A stretch of 64,000 nucleotides of DNA from Zancudomyces culisetae HAW-14-8. Taxonomy: Eukaryota; Fungi; Kickxellomycota. The stretch lies in NCBI GenBank assembly GCA_052426225.1, contig JBNJNM010000007.1, positions 682,001 through 746,000 of the forward strand, given 5' to 3'. Below, one piece after another: positions 1-13,113 of this stretch (within the stretch, counting starts at the first letter, position 1; every line of letters begins with the position of its first letter). The notes under the pieces are model-generated. The model was not told the DNA's origin. It searched no databases and saw only the letters and a list, made by a program, of their open reading frames with translations. Made by a program: the position numbers and the translations under genes.

Positions 1-754
1 TAGGTTTCCACAACCACTATTGTTGGGTGTCTTCAGAGTAAAGAAAGTAACTCTGATAAACTACAGGTATACTTTTACCAAGGGGTGTAACTGTCTCAAA
101 TAAATGATAAAACCAACTGGGCTGGTGAAGTAAGCCTTATATACTTTTTCTTTCTCTTTGAAAAATGTCATGGTTAGGTTAAAGGGTGCAAAAAAATGAG
201 ATTTTATCCTATATACTATTTTTGCTCCATTTCATTACGGTTTTTTCTTTAAAGTTCATAAATGGAAGGTAGGATTTTTTCAATAACTAATAACACAAGA
301 CATTTATGTACATAATTTTTTGGGAGGAGGAGAGGAGAGTGGAAATTTGTAAAGATGCGTTTAAATGTGGGCACTCCTTTGCTCTTTTTATAAAAAATCA
401 GCCTACCACTAATATTATGTGTACATTACAGTTGAATATTAACAAACCAAGCCCCTTTATGTTTCCCTACTCCTGCTCCTGCTCCCCCCCAAAAAAAGAA
501 TAAATTGCCTATTGAATAAGAATAAGCTGTACATCGAAGACATCTCAGGTTTGGGTGTTTAGTTCCAAAGCATCAAAATGAGAAATTTTTTAAAAAAAAA
601 ACCTTATATCGATATTATTGGATACGGGATTTTATGAAATGCATAGTTTATATTCCAAAAAAAGGTTTATAAAAAAACTAGACGAAGCCCAGCCAAAGAT
701 GCTTAGTGTTAATATACATATGTCAAAAGGTAGTTGGTAGGCGTGTTGGGGCTA

Positions 755-1701
755 CTAGATCTTTTTAGATAGATCGATTACTCGCTTGAGACCCAACAGC
801 CATTTACTTTCTCCTTCAAAAGTGTTTAACATTGTCTTCTTATGTATCGATATTGCGCCCTCGTGGTTTCGAGATTGAATTTCTATAGGGAATACGATGC
901 TTTTAGTTATGGTGCATTAAAAAATGTAAGTGTATATGAAACCAATGATATTTTACCTTGGGCAATGCTAGACAGCGATGAAACGAGTGATGGGTCTAAA
1001 TCTTTAATCCTTTGTTCTAAAATTTCGATTCTCTTCCTAGTGTCCTGTACAGTTTTCTTTTGGATCTATTCAAAAATTAAACATACAAGTATTATTTAAA
1101 ACTTTAGAATATTGCTAGCATGCAGGTATGAATGTATGGGATGATAACTTACTGGTGTTTCTTGTGGAGTTTCGTTCAGCACCGAGTAAAAGACTTCTAG
1201 TATTCTTCCTGGCGAAAGTGTGTCTTTATTAACAGGGGATACCGAAGAATTTTAGTTTGTTTCTTGCTGAGGCAAAAGATTACTCAGCGCCTGGAAATTG
1301 ACGGTAGGTGGCTCCTGTTTCTTTTGCAAGGTGATAGGAGGACCGTTAAGGGTTGTTCCCATTGTAGGACTGGGTCCATTGAGCTCGGCCTTCCTTTCGC
1401 CATTCGACTCAGTGCTTGCACCTGAATTTATGTAGCTTGGAAGGGCACGTGAATTGTGCTTTGAAACCGAGGAGCCCTGCTGAGGCCTTGACGATGCTAC
1501 TACTCTGTCGCCTGTAGTTCGAGAAAACACATTTTTGGGGGGATCGTTCCAGTGACCTTTACTTGCGTGGCCTGTACCAGTAAAGTTAAAATACCCGCCA
1601 TTTATGGCTTGGTTGGGGAATGCGAGCTTAGCTGGAGTTATTGTGGGAGTAGTAAAGGCTAATTCCGAATTTTGGCACTGATTGTCTTCTGTTTGATTCA
1701 T
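755..1701 (-). pseudogene. SRA1: SRA1-like (steroid receptor RNA activator protein / SRA1-Sec31 C-terminal domain) gene, 3 exons, interrupted by one in-frame TAA at 1252-1254
   Basis: Exon 1 (1701-1153) has the GHWNDPP motif. GT-AG introns at 1152-1066 and 956-883 join in phase to IQKKTVQDTRKRIEILEQRI...EIQSRNHEGAISIHKKTML...SKWLLGLKRVIDL*, typical of the SRA1 C-terminus. The frame is continuous across the single TAA. Confidence 0.75.
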
Positions 1702-2235
1702 TTTCGCAGAGCTTCTTTACTTTGCTGTTATAGCGCGTGTTTTTTTTGTTTTCTTTATACGGCGAATAACAATTTGGCTCTGTTTTTATGCAATTAGTTT
1801 GTTAGGAATATAATGTATGAAAATCGGCTTGCTCGAAGAATAAGATGGACCAGAATTTTGTTCTAAAAAAGAAGCTACAATGATTGCCTATGGAATGATT
1901 CTTTCTACGTTCTCGATACTTTTTGCCTCTGTAGATATGCGATTTGGCTCTACAAGGGTGTGGAATGCTGTTTTTTAAAGATATAAGGCTACACACGCAA
2001 AGTAAATGAAGAAAAAGTTATGATTTCACTCGACTTGATACTAAATATGGATTTACTGAAAATATAAGAAAAAAATTCTCGTTCAGTCGCAGTTTCTTGT
2101 TTCTTTCTACTTAAGGGATAGATCTAATAAACTAAAATGTTATTAATTTAGCTGGAAAAGCACATATCTCTAAATAAAAGAAAGGAGATACAACCAGGAG
2201 TCAAATCTGGGAGGGGGACTACCAGAGATCATTTG

Positions 2236-3327
2236 TTAAATATGTTTTCGGGGTACGTCATCCTCTATTTCAACGCTATCTTCAGAATATGTTCTAGTGT
2301 ACCCATCAGTTTCGAGAGTTTCTTCTTGGAGGTGTCTTGAGCTGTTGCTGTGCTTATACAAAACGAAATGCTGTACTATAAATACAAGGTCAAACATTAT
2401 TGATATCAAACCAAGAATCAGTTTAACCAGATTGTTTTGAATATATCCTAAGCTTCCTGCGTTCAAGGCGTCCAAAAAGAGTTGCGTACAAGACAAAAAA
2501 CCACCGGTTACATCGAAAAGAATGTTGTGAATCGACCATCCTATTGTGGATTTGCGCTGGTAATTAATGTAGGCCTGCGGAATATACTTCAAGATGGTAC
2601 ACAGGAGCTTTGTGTACGAAATTATGTACAACGTGACTATTCGTGTAAAACGTAAGTAAGATATTGCCAGCGAGGCAAAAACCGCAAAAATAATCCAGAA
2701 ACACATTGAGGACATCTTTTGAGTGCGTTCTCTCTAATACAAATATTAGATATAGATAAATTTTTAGACAAAATGAGCGAAAGTTCGTCCAGACAAATTA
2801 AAATACCGTCAAGTACCGCCAATTATGTGGAAAAAGTACGGTCGAAAGCGTGTGTATAAAATGAACTTACTTTGTAGATAAATGACTGGATTAAAAGAAC
2901 ACTGCTCATCACAAGAGAATGTGCACTAAATACCACATCATTTAACATTACCAGACTGTCCTGACCATCGTGTGTAGCCCTGTACTCATTTTTTATGTCA
3001 ATATCAAAATAAAACAACAGATTGTAGACCTAACATTTCAGTAGAGGCGTTAGTATTTGGCATTGTGATTTATATTCGAGTTTTGTACCACTCTCTTACC
3101 GTTAACAGGCAAATCCTAGCACGTTAAGATACAGAAAATCTATTGACAGCCCATGAACGCTATTATTATTTTAATATTTCCATTGTTAGATGTAGCACTT
3201 TCGGTTAAAAAAACATCCTTAGAACAGTTGTTTACAATAAGCTATATTGATATAAACTGCTTACCTTTTGCACTTGTAGTTTAAAATCAATTGTGGATAA
3301 AAGCTGACCGACCAGGCCATAAAGTAT
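2236..3327 (-). pseudogene. Cystinosin/ERS1-family PQ-loop transporter, multi-exon, with an apparent 1-bp deletion (TAA at 3102-3104); 5' end not found
   Basis: Exons encode YFMAWSVSFYPQLILNYK, SVHGLSIDFLYLNVLGFAC, VYNLLFY...LNDVVFSAHS and KYIPQAYINYQRKSTIGWSIHNILFDVTGG...FDLVFIVQHFVLY. The exon ending TGT TAA CG|GTAAG is one base short for the phase-0 acceptor that follows. Confidence 0.8.
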
Positions 3328-5421
3328 TGTCGTAAATGACAAGTTAATACCAGTGTCGTGATCAATCATTCACGTTGAGAAACACAAAAAACGGAGAAGA
3401 TACAAAATTAGTTTTATAGTTAGGTAGATAATTAATTTCAAGATTAGTTAGTTTGACGTTAGTTAGATAACCATATAGCTATACGATTAAGTTAGTTGAG
3501 ATAAACGATAAATTTGATGATATCACAACATCAGCTATTACATCTTTATTCATCAAGATATTTATTTGCTATAATTAATAGTTATTATAAATAGTTTTCT
3601 CAAAATATCGTTACTACCTACTAAACACAGCTATTTGGTGTATTTAAATAGTAAAAAGATAAAGATGAATGTAGGAATTATCAATTTTTTGATGGCGCAC
3701 TAAATAATAATTGCTACCTTTTATTCCTCTAGTCTAATTTCATCAATAAAATATTACTTTTTGGAAAATTAGTCCCAAAAACTAATTCTATTGCTTATAA
3801 AAAAATACCGATATATTCCTCCGTAAAAATCTATTTATAGCAGCTATAATTGCTATTAATATAATTAAAAATTGTCATTTTTGAATACAGTTATCAAGTA
3901 TTTGGTTAAATAATAAATACAATATTTAAACACCTTTTTCAAAAAATGATCTTCGGATACTTATCTGAGACATATATACTTAGAATAGTAGTATTGAAAT
4001 GAACATATAAAAACAAAAATTGATGACAGAAATATACTTTTTAATACTTGCTCAAATGTTGAGGGATATAGTTACATATTATAGATTCAGATGATATGGT
4101 TTAATATGCAATATCTCAATAAAATAAACTATTCAAACTAAAATCTTATATATATCGTTCAAATAGTAAAACTATATATCAGATTGAATAAATCAAGATG
4201 TTGACAGTTTTTAAAAATAGAAACTATAAAGTACGACAAGTATTAAGAAATACACAAAACGTATACATTTTGTACCCAAGAATCTGACTTTTTTGGATTA
4301 CTTTTACTTGAATTATTTCAAGCTAAAAAAGAACAAATACAATTATCTAACCGTGGCGTTAAAATATTAATATACGATACCCTCATCGCTATCCTTCGTT
4401 TGTATTAATCGAAAAATGGATAAAGAGGAAATATACACAAAATGAAAATCAAGTTTAAGGCTGAAAACAAAGTACAAAAGCGAGTTCAAGTTAAAAATGA
4501 TCGGAGTTCAAGAAATTTTTGAGATATTTATTTGGAATTTAAATATTTAACTTGTATTTCTTTGAATGTTTAGCCTGAATGTTGGTCACATACAATAAGG
4601 AAATTTTGCTGTCTTCCACCAGTAATCGGTTGTTACTCTTAAAGTTAAGTTTCTGATTTTCGTAAATTTATATTTTAATAAGCCTAGCTAGTAGTTTTGA
4701 GTAATAAATATATTCTAATAATGTTTTTTATAATTTAATACTGATAATAGCTGTATTCCCTACAAGGTAAACTAGTAAACGAAGCACACTTTTTATTATG
4801 CATTGCCTTTACTCTTTACCAGAAGTTGTATTAACCAACAGAAATTTAGTTTATAATATCTTGTTAAGTATAATACCCCTTTAGACTGTGGAAACTTTTT
4901 TCTGTATGAAAGTGTGCACGTATATATATTGTTATGTCTTGTAATATATGAAAACAGCTGGTATAATTATACTATATTTTAATAACGATTCATCTTTTTA
5001 TTGTTTTGTTTTATTTTGTTCTGTTTTTGTTTTGTTTTGTTGTATTTTTGTTGGTTGGTCTTGCTCCATTCAATTCTTTAGCTAAATTCACAAACTCCTA
5101 CTATTATTCAGTGAATCATTAATCTTATTATCATCATGAAATTATCAAACCAACCAACTATCATTAAAACTGATATGGAAAGCACAAATTATTGTTGATT
5201 TTTTATTAACCAATTGAAACACAGAATTATTAGTTTTCATTTAATCTCATTTGATTGAAATATATAAATTACAAAATTAAAAACAAAAAAAATTCAAAAC
5301 ATAAATACAGGATGATGAATCATAATACGAACCAAGAAAGTGGAAAGTAATGTGGAGGTTTTGGATCGATTCGCGCGGGACCCTGTGGCGCAGAAACACA
5401 ACTTTGTTGATATGTAGATAG

Positions 5422-8400
5422 CTCAGACGACTTTTTGGACAACGCTTGGCAGATTCAGTATGTGTGCCAATTGTTTTGGAGGCTATTCAGGCACTTCAAC
5501 GACTAGAATGTGTTAATTTTGGAATACAAACAAAATTGTTAAAAGATGTCTTTGATAAAGTGGTGGTACAAAGCTACCAGCAAAGTAGCCGGCAATTGGT
5601 ATATAAGGTATTTCTGCACTACCTGAGCAAGTTTAAAACCGATACGGAGAAAGTAAACAATACAACATACACAAATAAAAAATTGAACAAAGACATTATT
5701 GGGCAGATACTTAGAGCTGTGGAGGGGGAAAAAGATCCGCGGAATTTGATTCAAGTGTTTAAAATAATGAATATTATGGCAAGTATACCAGCAGCTCACT
5801 TTGGAGTGGAGCACAAAGATGAACTGTTGGAGATATTTGATCAAGCGATGAGCTACTTTCCAATATCGATCAAGAGTGATAACATCAGAAGTATAAATAC
5901 CAATATGGGCAACTCAGGAATGGAGAATAAAGATGTGGAAAAAGAAGCAAATGAGGAAAATCAGCTAAAGGAAATGTTACGAAGTGTCTTTACAGCAAAT
6001 AAAGAGTTTGGTGAATATATGATAATGGAAATCAGAGAAAAAATAGACGAAGGAGGAGTAAGTTCATTATTAAAGCAGAGTTATGGATACAGGGAGGAAA
6101 TTTACAGGATTTTGATAGAAGGAGCCAGTATATATCGGTTTCGTGAATGGCAAAGTGCTGAAAAGAAATCCCAGATTATAGCTATAATAAAGGCTCTGGA
6201 AAGGGAAGTGTATGAAGGCCAAGCAGCTGAGGACGAAGGGCATGGTATAAACGATACAGGGCGTGGAAATGAAGCTGAAGGGGAAAGTGTGTTAAAGTAT
6301 TGTGTGGATGCAATTAAAGCAGTCTTTGAAGAGCTTTCAAAAGTAAATGAAAATTCTAAAGAGCAAAAAATTAAAGATAAAAAGTACACCGAGGTAACTG
6401 AAGGAGAAAGTGACGAGGAGAGTGAAGAAGAGGTTGGAGCAGATGCTGGAATAGAGTATTTGGATGAGATTATAGAAACTGTGATGAAGAACATCGAAAA
6501 CAAGACAGCAGAAAATATCCGAAAATCCAAAAGAATAATTAGAGCAATTGGAGAGTCGAGTGAGAGTTATCGCAACATAATCACAGATATAGTAATGAAC
6601 GTTGCACTAGAAAAGTTGGAACATAAGGCAGCACCAGGTAAAACTGAGGAACTTGAAGGACCGGAGGAGTCGGTAGATCGCAGTATAATGGAGATAGTCT
6701 TGATAGAGTTGGTAATAGAATTGCTCGAGATGAATAATTATGGAAGCGTAGTTGAGCCATACGCTGAAAGGGTCAGAGTGGTATTGGATACAAGTAATTA
6801 CAGCGATGTATCAATAAATCAAAGTAATGATGATGAAGAAAAAGTGCAAACTGTTCTAAAAGGTGTGGCTGCACTGATCATATTGAAAGATCGAATTAAC
6901 GAGCATTCTGATGAGAGTATATACGAGAACGAGCAATTTTGGGGAGTTAAAACATTCAAAGATATACTAAAATCTAAAATTTACATTCACAACCACACTA
7001 ACAATAATAGAGATGTATCAGAGCTACAAAACACCTCTGCTGAATTACTAGTTAGATTACTCTGCCAAAGCGAAAGACTAGCAAAGCTAGTGCAAAACCA
7101 AATTATTGGAGCGATAATCAATGAAATTGAAAATGAAGTAGGTGAAAACAGTGCCAACATCCTTCAATTAATAGAAAAGGTTACGCTAGTGCTACTCACA
7201 ACGATCTTTATATCCATCCACAAACTTTCCACTTCTCCATCCTCGGCTACTTCTAAAAACCAACCCAATAATACCTATCCAGGAATGCTAAAACAATTAA
7301 AAGTGATACTTTGGCAAATATTAAGCGGTTTACTTGTTGCATTAAATCACAAATATCAAAGCTAAAATATGACAAAAAGCTTCTAGGAATTGTTTCAAGC
7401 TTTCAAAATATAGTTAGTTCATTATTCACGTATGAAGGTGATAGCCAGATTAACGCAGAACTGGACCTGTTGCCTACTTCAGTATCAGATACACTATTAA
7501 TTCCCTTGGTTGAAGAAATGGTAACTAGCAACTTTGTCAACGTCTCTGAGGATAAGCAAGAATTATCGGCACAAAACCCTTTGTTTGTATATGAGGAGAT
7601 TGTATATGCCATTACAGATATAATTGCATTCGTCTTTTACAAGGCTGGGGAGCAACAAGTACAATATCAGAAAAGTATACTGCAAAAGTACAAAAATATT
7701 TTAGCATCTAACCAATCAGTATTGGATACTGAAAGCTCAAACGAAAAGTCTGATACTACAGATTTAATTAAAAACATTACCATACTTGCGGCTATGAGTG
7801 GAATAACCGAAGGTATAAACCCAAAAGTTTCAAGTGCTGAATTATTGAGTTTATATGAAACTGTTGCTCCCAATCATGGCTCTCATAGTTTAGGTGATAT
7901 TCTTGAACTTGAATCTAATTCTAGTCCAAACTCTGCAGGCTATTCATATATCAAACTCATGAGTCTTTTAATACAAGTGATTATTTCAAACTCTATCGAA
8001 TCGAGTAACAGATCAGACTCAGATATGCAAGATTCAACCAAAATACTCAAATCTCTTTTATGCAAGTCACTTTCCACTGTAGTAAACAAGTACTGTTGTA
8101 ACACTTCTCAGATTAATAGCCATCAAGACGAGAATATTGATATTTATGACTACACAAAACAGACATATGAAATTGTTTTAACTATTTTGGATAGTAGCGA
8201 TATTAAAAAAGAAGTAGCTTTACCAGTAGCCTTGTGTATTGCTCGTGCGTTTGTGATTGCTGGTAAAAACGAGTATGGCTATAAGCTACTGGATTACATC
8301 ATCAATACTACCAAATCTCACCTATCAACTATGTCCGAACCCCTGCACAAGCAAGAGTATATGTTAGAAAGCTTGTTACTGGACAGCAAATCAAAGCGCC

Positions 8401-9026
8401 AGCAAACTTCAACGTTACCGCCTTCTGGATATTATTACAACATTCATCCACTTTACAAACAGCGCCTAATTCATTATCTTACAAGTTTGGTTGTACCAAT
8501 TCAAGATTCAAAATTGTTTGGCTTACCAGAGACTTGGCTAGTGTCTGAGCTTATCAATCTTTGCAGTTCTAACCAGTTGAATTCTTCAATTCTTCTTTCT
8601 TGTAAATCTAAACTTGTTCTCGTCCTGCCTGCAGTGCTAATTTACTACAAAAACCACATTTCTCAATCTTCATTTTCTCAGCCAATTGCAAAATCTACCA
8701 GTGGCTGGATCGATGATAACACTGCTGCCAATTCCATAAACTTACTAACATCTCTGCTACACTTCAACTGTTTTGATAAGTCTGCTCTGCCTCCAATTCT
8801 CTCTGTTATTGAGTCCAACAGTCCAAATGTTCAGCTGCGTCTCTCTGCCTTATCATACCTTCTTGAATTGTTCAACCACTCTTATATTGTCTCCACACTA
8901 GCCTCAACTTCCATTCCCCTGACCATCCAAAATGCGTTGGCTATTGCTATAACTGACCATAAACGCTGTGTTAGAAAACTTGCTATATACTGTCGTTTCA
9001 GATTCAACTCTCTGTTTTATTTTTAG
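5422..9026 (+). CDS. MMS19: MMS19/MET18 cytosolic Fe-S assembly HEAT-repeat protein, split by a frameshift near 7340-7365; 5' exon(s) not recognisable
   Basis: ORF 5446-7365 has LFGQRLADSVCV and VEGEKDPRNL...SYFPI. Overlapping ORF 7311-9026 has HPLYKQR and the C-terminal DHKRCVRKLA. The two ORFs differ by a -1 frame and no intron is evident between them. Confidence 0.85.
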
Positions 9027-9093
9027 TGTTTAATCATATACTTTATTATGTTACTATCTATATTCATACACTTTTTAGTTAAATAAACTAAAA

Positions 9094-9792
9094 CTAGTTG
9101 GCTATTGAACATGGTGGTGGAATTTCTGGTAATTCAAATAATCGAAACTCTTGCTGATTATATTTTTCAATATCGCTTTGACTGGGTTTGGCATTTGTAT
9201 CTTGCTGCGTATTTGATAGTATGGGAATACAATTTGTATGCTGTTTTATTACTTCTGCACTCATGCCTTTATACAACCCATCAGCTCCACCCATCCCAGT
9301 TTGTGGTCCAACCCCACCAAATGCTGAACCCTGATTGTTTTTATTTCCAAATGCCCCTCCAAACCCACCACTACCGCCACCACCAAAGCTGCTCCCAAAG
9401 CTGCTTCCAAATGCACTACCGCCAGCACCACCAGCACTATTGCCAAACCCAGTACTGGTTCCAAAACCACCTCCTCCACTGTTGCCAAAAGTACTGCCAA
9501 AACCGGTACCATTGTTTGTCATCATATTCGAATCCATACTACTGTTTTTGTAGTTTTCCAAGTTTTCGGCCTGATATTTTCCTGAATTATAGTCATTCAC
9601 AATCGCTGTCGTTCTTGTATTCAATATCTGATATTTTTCCTGCGCTCGACTGTTGTTTTCCTGAGCAAATTTCTGATACTCGGCATTTATCGTGTTATTG
9701 TTGTAATAACAATAAAAATAATATTGAAATCTGTCTTCTTCAAAAGAAACATCGGTCCCTCCAACTAAATTTGGAAACCGTGCTTTTGTCAT
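9094..9792 (-). CDS. Nup42/AMO1/NUPL2-like FG nucleoporin, intact 3' part; 5' part (to ~10340) degraded
   Basis: PNLVGGTDVSFEEDR motif, many GFG/AFG/SFG repeats, C-terminal FRLFELPEIPPP. Upstream, the expected PIW motif lies out of frame and FG-like remnants (GFG, SVFGS) are broken by stops and shifts. Confidence 0.75.
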   Translation of the reverse strand: MTKARFPNLVGGTDVSFEEDRFQYYFYCYYNNNTINAEYQKFAQENNSRAQEKYQILNTRTTAIVNDYNSGKYQAENLENYKNSSMDSNMMTNNGTGFGSTFGNSGGGGFGTSTGFGNSAGGAGGSAFGSSFGSSFGGGGSGGFGGAFGNKNNQGSAFGGVGPQTGMGGADGLYKGMSAEVIKQHTNCIPILSNTQQDTNAKPSQSDIEKYNQQEFRLFELPEIPPPCSIAN

Positions 9793-11699
9793 ACTACACT
9801 CTCCAGATTGGTTACTTCATTTGGTTAATGGGTTGTAATACATCAACTAAGATCTCTAAGGGATGAATTCGGACTTGATCTACCCTAATATAAAAAAAAG
9901 TCTTTTATTTCTGGATTCAAGTAATTAAAATATAATCATTGATATAGTTAAACTTGTTGAGCCTCTAATATTTGCAGCATTATCAACTTTGCTCATCTCA
10001 TCAGAAAAATAAATAAATGTTAAGACAAATGTACCATCATATCATTTAGCACCACATTTTTTACCTCTTCTAATACTTAAAGTTCTACTGGAGCCAAATA
10101 CACTTGCTAAACTTGACTAATTCAGCATTTCTAAATACACTAACGCTATGAAATACTTCATAACCACAACCACAACCACTACATTCAAACATAATTTTTT
10201 GATCCAGCGCTACTGTTGCTATTATTTCGCCAAATCCTTTGTTTATACCTTGAAAATGATTATGATTTGTATTTACATTTTGAACATGTTCTTTATTCCG
10301 ATTCCTAAAATTCAAAATTTTTAATAAAAGGACGTAAGCACTTAATTTAATATATTTATTAATTTTAAATAGTGATATTAAATACTGTATATAATATGTT
10401 AAGTCAAGTATAAAAATATAATGTTATATTTACAGTTTCGATCTATTTACGAAATATTTTGAAGTGTTATATTAAATAGTTTTCATAGGTAAATTAAAAA
10501 TATTGGCCACCCATTTTTATTTGAATCTTAAATAGTTTTAGGTATAGTAAATGGAATGGTCTAAATCATTGACTAATAATTTAGTCTATATTAATATAAT
10601 ATATACATAAAGTAAAACTAAATGTAATTTTTTAGCTCATAAACCACGTGTTTGATTTAAATTGAGGTAATCTATTAATGATTTCATAGTAAAATAGTAT
10701 AGTTATCACTTATTCTGTCAAATATATTTTGAATTATTATCATTACTTTTAAGAAATGCAAACTTGCACATAAAATTGTTCGCACTTACAGGTATATTTA
10801 TTTATATCTACTCTTTAGTTAATAATTAGTGATCTAAAAATAACCAGTACAGGTAGGTATCGGGTACTAAAAAATCAATTAAATCAGTGAGACAATAATG
10901 AAAGTTACACTAGGTAATATTATTAGAGTAAATGCGTTTCCCAAATAAAATTGTAATATGTTAAATATTTAAAGTGAAAGAATCAAATTTTTCTAATGTC
11001 TGTAGTTTGTATATTAACATAATTATTATATAATTATACTGAAAATTCATATAGTTTTATAAATACGTATAAATATCTTAAATACAACAGAAAAAACTGA
11101 AATTATTTTTATTGGTATGAGTATATAAGTATAAGATCAATAATATAAAATGTCTATACTTAACGTATAATCAACTTATTATAAGCAAGTTGAACTATCC
11201 AGTAGTATATGCAAATAGAAAAATTACTAGTACCATTTAAATATTAAAATACTTTGTAATATTTTAATGTGGATTACCACATAATATCTAGAATTGTTAA
11301 ATGTTGTTTATGAATTAATCGTGTTCATCTAGACTATCAAAATTATATGGAATGGAATACAATATTAAAATATATCAAGAATAATTTAATTAAATAGTAT
11401 GCAGATATATAGTAGTAAAATTTTAAAATAGGTAATATGAGGTAAATATATTCTAAAACATATAATGTATAAGATAAATTGAACTTGAAAATGACATCAA
11501 AATTAGTTGTAAATACCATTTTTAAAAAAAACAATGCACCAGTAAATGGTGGCCAAATATTGCATAGCATAAAACGTAGATTAGTTATTTAACAAAGAAA
11601 ACAAAAATAAAATTTATTATATTGTTAAACAGCATAGAATCTTTAAAGAAAAACCAAGGATTGGTGAACAATGAAACAAGGTTAGCAGCTACGCATTGA

Positions 11700-12480
11700 T
11701 AATATTAAAAAATATGCAAGAATAACCGAAATAAGCGATAGTGATATAAATAATATCCACATTTATAGTTACCAAAAAACTGTTGACCAATAATTGAACA
11801 ATAATTAAATTATTGCTTATCAACAAAAACAAAGAACGCGAAATTGACGATTAACTTGATTGTTCTAAAACGTTTTTAGGTTATTGACTATAACTTTAAA
11901 TTAATGGGGACCTATGATTGTATATAAACAAATATCGCATATCTCTAAAAACGTAAATCGCGACAATGACGTGTAACTCGATTGTGAACTGTTGTTGGTA
12001 AACAATTACCATATCCTAATAAAAGGTTGGCATAAAATACAAAAATTTATACTAACGCATTGAAAAATAAACAAAGATCGCAATAATGCCGGAAATAAGC
12101 GATTGTGATATAAAAAATACCCACCTTAATAGATAAGAAAAGTGATGACCAATAAATGCAAATAAAAAAATTATCGCATATCAACAAAAACAAAGAACGC
12201 GAAATTGACGATTAACTTGATTGTTCTAAAACGTTTTAATGTTATTGACTATAACTTTAAATTAATGGGGACCTATGATTGTATATAAACAAATATCGCA
12301 TATCTCTAAAAACGTAAATCGCGACAATGACGTGTAACTCGATTGTGATAAAACGTTTTAAACCTAAATATAAACCACTTAGATCATTTACCATTTACCC
12401 AACAAAATGTTAACCAATAATAATATAATACCAAATGCATTAAATAAAGCTTTGAACGCGGCAATGAAAATTATCTATCG
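11700..12480. repeat. ~121-bp diverged satellite with a 361-bp (3-monomer) higher-order repeat
   Basis: A CGCG/CGCA..AATGAC..CGATTGTGA-like motif recurs at ~11715, 11837, 11959, 12079, 12198, 12320 and 12457. 11821-11987 and 12182-12348 are near identical. Confidence 0.85.
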
Positions 12481-13113
12481 ATGTAACCAATTAACATTTG
12501 ATTTTTAACCCAACAAAATGTTAACCAATAATTTCATACAAAGATAGCGTTTTTATGTAAAACGATAAAACACATTTGAAAAAAGTAAGTTAATATTAAT
12601 TAACCTATTGATATTGAAACATTTGAAAAAAAGTATAAATATGTCGGGATATCAGAAATTACGTAATGATCCAAAAATTTCTCAAACTGAAATTTAGAAT
12701 ATTATTACAAAATAAATCAAAATAATAATAGATTGTAAAATATAATAAACAATCAACAATAACTACGGTGAGTTAATCGATACGTGAGAAATATTCTAAT
12801 TTGTCAAAGTATTAAATATTAATAAAATATAAAGACATCATAATATTTGTAAAATATCATTAATAAAAATCATAATGTATAGTAGAAATAAAAACATGAT
12901 ATCCAATAATACATTTGAATCCGCATCTTCACACATGACAACACAAAACTGACAGGTTAATACCAAAAAAAACAAAAGTCAAAACTGACCGCAAACACCA
13001 ACATAAACTCCACAAAACCACTAAAACCACCTAAACTAAACAAGCAGCACCAACAGTTGACAAACTCCACACAAACCTGCACTCCACTATTTACATAACA
13101 CAAAAACAACTTG

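Noticed and set aside
3400-5300. Second AT-rich block possibly holding a decayed gene
   Set aside because: No frame or motif could be identified by eye.
9105-9866. 253-aa + strand ORF and other antisense ORFs over real genes and TEs
   Set aside because: Shadow frames of the Gly-rich nucleoporin and of other coding regions.
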